From Candidatus Eiseniibacteriota bacterium (GTDB taxonomy: Bacteria; Eisenbacteria; RBG-16-71-46; CAZAMP01), in assembly GCA_965224245.1 (NCBI GenBank), contig OZ245046.1, positions 5,984,001-6,048,000 of the forward strand: 64,000 nt of DNA, given 5' to 3'. Of this stretch, positions 62,136 to 64,000 are shown in pieces; positions within the stretch are counted from its first letter, which is position 1; the number at the start of each line of letters is the position of its first letter. A program made the position numbers and the translations under genes. The notes under the pieces were generated by a model. The model was not told where the DNA came from. It searched no databases and saw nothing but the letters and a program-made list of their open reading frames with translations.

Positions 62136-64000
62136 TCACGTGCGTGCAGGTTCAGGTCGAAAGCTCCGGCCCGCGATGGTGCGGGACGGCATGAACGACA
62201 GCGCGGCGGGCATGATCAGGAACGTCGCGCCGCCACTGATCAACATGATCGCGAAGAAGAACGCGCCCACGGTGACGTACGGCACCAGCGTGGCGAAGAA
62301 CATCGGAACGAAGCCGAGCGCGATCACCACGATGTTCCGGGCCAGTGCCTGGGCGGGCTCGTGGAAGAACTCGACCATGGTCCTCTCGAACTCCCGGCCC
62401 TTCTGGTTGAAGATGTCCCGTGTTCGCTGGATGAAGTGGATCGCGAAGTCGACGGACAGCCCCAGCGACAGACTGCTCAGAACCGCGATCGGCATGTCGT
62501 AGTTCCGGCCGGTGATCCCGACGTAGCCGTACGTGATCAGGATCGTGGCCGTGAGCGGCACCATGGCCAGAAGACCGAGCCGGACGCTCCGGAAGAGCAA
62601 GATCATCATCAACAGCACCGTGACGTACGAGCCCGCGAGCGCCTTGCCCATGCCGCTGACCATCAGCTGCTGCCACTTCACGTTGATGTAGCTCAGCCCA
62701 CCCCAGCGCACGGACATCCCGCTCGGCGGCGGGTTCTCGGCGATCCAGGCGGTCGCATCGTCCACGACCGCGGCCACCTTCTGGTTGTCGCCCTCGTGCA
62801 TCTGGATCCAGATGTTGATGCGATCCTGGCCGGGGGTGATGAACTTGAACAGGTCGTCGGGCGAGCCGCCGCTCATCTCGTACAGGAACAGATACTGGGC
62901 GATCTTCTCCCGGGTGTCGGCGAGCGTGTCGGAGCCCTCGGCGCGGTCGAGGAGCTCGTACTGGACCTTCTTCAGCACGTCGACCACCGAGCTGGCCGCG
63001 CCGACGTTGTCCTCCCGGCTGACGTGATCCTGGAGCTGCTCGGCCCACGCCATCCACTCGGGCTCCAGGAACGCCTGCTCGTCCTCGCCGCCCAGCTCGA
63101 GATACGCGAGGTACGTGCCGGCCAGGTGCTCGTTCATGACCCGGTCGGCCACCCGGAGGGGGCTGCCGGCCTTGAACCAGTTCACCGGGTTGTCGTTCAC
63201 GACGATGCGGGTCACGCCGTAGCCGGCGACGAGCATGATCACCGCGAGGCCGACGAACACGGGGACGCGGAACCGCGTCGAGAACCGGTAGATCTTCTGG
63301 AGGTGGCTCTCGGGCGCGCCGGTCCCCTCGTGGACCTTGGCGAACTTGGCCAGCGTCTCGCGCGGCGAGAGCATCGCGAAGGCCGGGATGAAGAGCATCG
63401 ACAGGAGCCAGGCGAGGAACACGCCGATCGCCACGAACGAGCCGAACACCTGCACCGGCGGGATCGGCGTGGCGATGAGCGCGGCGAAGCCGACCACCGT
63501 GGTCAGCGACGTGAAGGCCATCGGCACCAGGAGCTCGTCGAGGGCGCGCTCCAGCGTGGCCTCCACCGTGTCGTGACGGTGGTAGTTCGCGTGGATCGAG
63601 CTCAGGAGATGGATGCTGTTCAGGACCGCGATCGGGATCAGGAAGATCGGGATCATCGAGCTCATGATGTGCACGGTGAAGCCCATGCCGATCAGCAGTC
63701 CCATCGTCCAGATCACGGTGATCATGGCCAGGAGCATCGGCGCGAGGACCACCCGCGGCTGGCGGAAGAAGAACAGCATCAACAGGAAGATCAACAGGAA
63801 GGCCGCCGGGGCCGAGAACGCCATCTGCGAGAACATCGCGGCCCCGAACGTGTCCTGGGCCACGGGCTGTCCGGCCAGGTGATACCGCTCGTCGCCGTGG
63901 TCCGCGTCGATGACGGCCTGAATCTGATCCCCGACCTCCATCGCGAAGTCCTTGGTCTCGAGCGGCACGAAGATCGCCAGCGCCTTGCCGTCGTCCGACG
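62136..64000 (-). CDS. MMPL/RND family transporter, 5'-truncated by the window edge
   Basis: Two TM clusters separated by a periplasmic loop; TSLTTVVGF, GLSVDFAIHF. Frame is open to the window end. Confidence 0.9.
   Translation of the reverse strand, partial: SDDGKALAIFVPLETKDFAMEVGDQIQAVIDADHGDERYHLAGQPVAQDTFGAAMFSQMAFSAPAAFLLIFLLMLFFFRQPRVVLAPMLLAMITVIWTMGLLIGMGFTVHIMSSMIPIFLIPIAVLNSIHLLSSIHANYHRHDTVEATLERALDELLVPMAFTSLTTVVGFAALIATPIPPVQVFGSFVAIGVFLAWLLSMLFIPAFAMLSPRETLAKFAKVHEGTGAPESHLQKIYRFSTRFRVPVFVGLAVIMLVAGYGVTRIVVNDNPVNWFKAGSPLRVADRVMNEHLAGTYLAYLELGGEDEQAFLEPEWMAWAEQLQDHVSREDNVGAASSVVDVLKKVQYELLDRAEGSDTLADTREKIAQYLFLYEMSGGSPDDLFKFITPGQDRINIWIQMHEGDNQKVAAVVDDATAWIAENPPPSGMSVRWGGLSYINVKWQQLMVSGMGKALAGSYVTVLLMMILLFRSVRLGLLAMVPLTATILITYGYVGITGRNYDMPIAVLSSLSLGLSVDFAIHFIQRTRDIFNQKGREFERTMVEFFHEPAQALARNIVVIALGFVPMFFATLVPYVTVGAFFFAIMLISGGATFLIMPAALSFMPSRTIAGRSFRPEPART

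Overview
Very GC-rich (roughly 70% by eye), densely coding bacterial chromosome segment. An RpoC indel, a FlgD-like C-terminal domain on a secreted protease and the gene order suggest an FCB-superphylum lineage (Gemmatimonadota, Eisenbacteria or Latescibacterota-like); this is inference. Layout: (1) 1-7.9 kb, tail of a glycan-modification locus: AsnB-type amidotransferase, SGNH+TPR protein, an unannotated 56-aa SxtK/DUF5989-like membrane microprotein and two coupled DUF5060-type lipoproteins. (2) 7.9-14.3 kb, a translationally coupled MOSC / M1 peptidase / M28-PDZ peptidase / SLOG operon, divergent from a BlaI + BlaR1(M56)-TonB pair with visible promoters and BlaI-type operators. (3) 14.5-24.4 kb, housekeeping genes yicC-gmk-rpoZ-coaBC-UDG-dnaB-radA-ispD-ispF-ddl. 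(4) 24.4-41.6 kb, a surface-polysaccharide region: type I PMI-phosphomannomutase fusion, CapK-like ligase, metallophosphoesterase, GT2, Wzy/WaaL-like protein, formyltransferase, deacetylase, GT4, lyase-like hypothetical, MurJ and a membrane AlkP-family enzyme. (5) 41.7-55.6 kb, tRNA-Thr/Tyr/Gly/Thr-tuf-tRNA-Trp-secE-nusG-rplKAJL-rpoBC, with a non-canonical EF-Tu switch I. (6) 55.6-64 kb, a P-loop kinase, an S8 protease, a small membrane protein and an MMPL/RND + LolA-like + outer-membrane barrel triad. I saw no CRISPR array, integrase, transposase or prophage. All family calls come from motif recognition without database searches.
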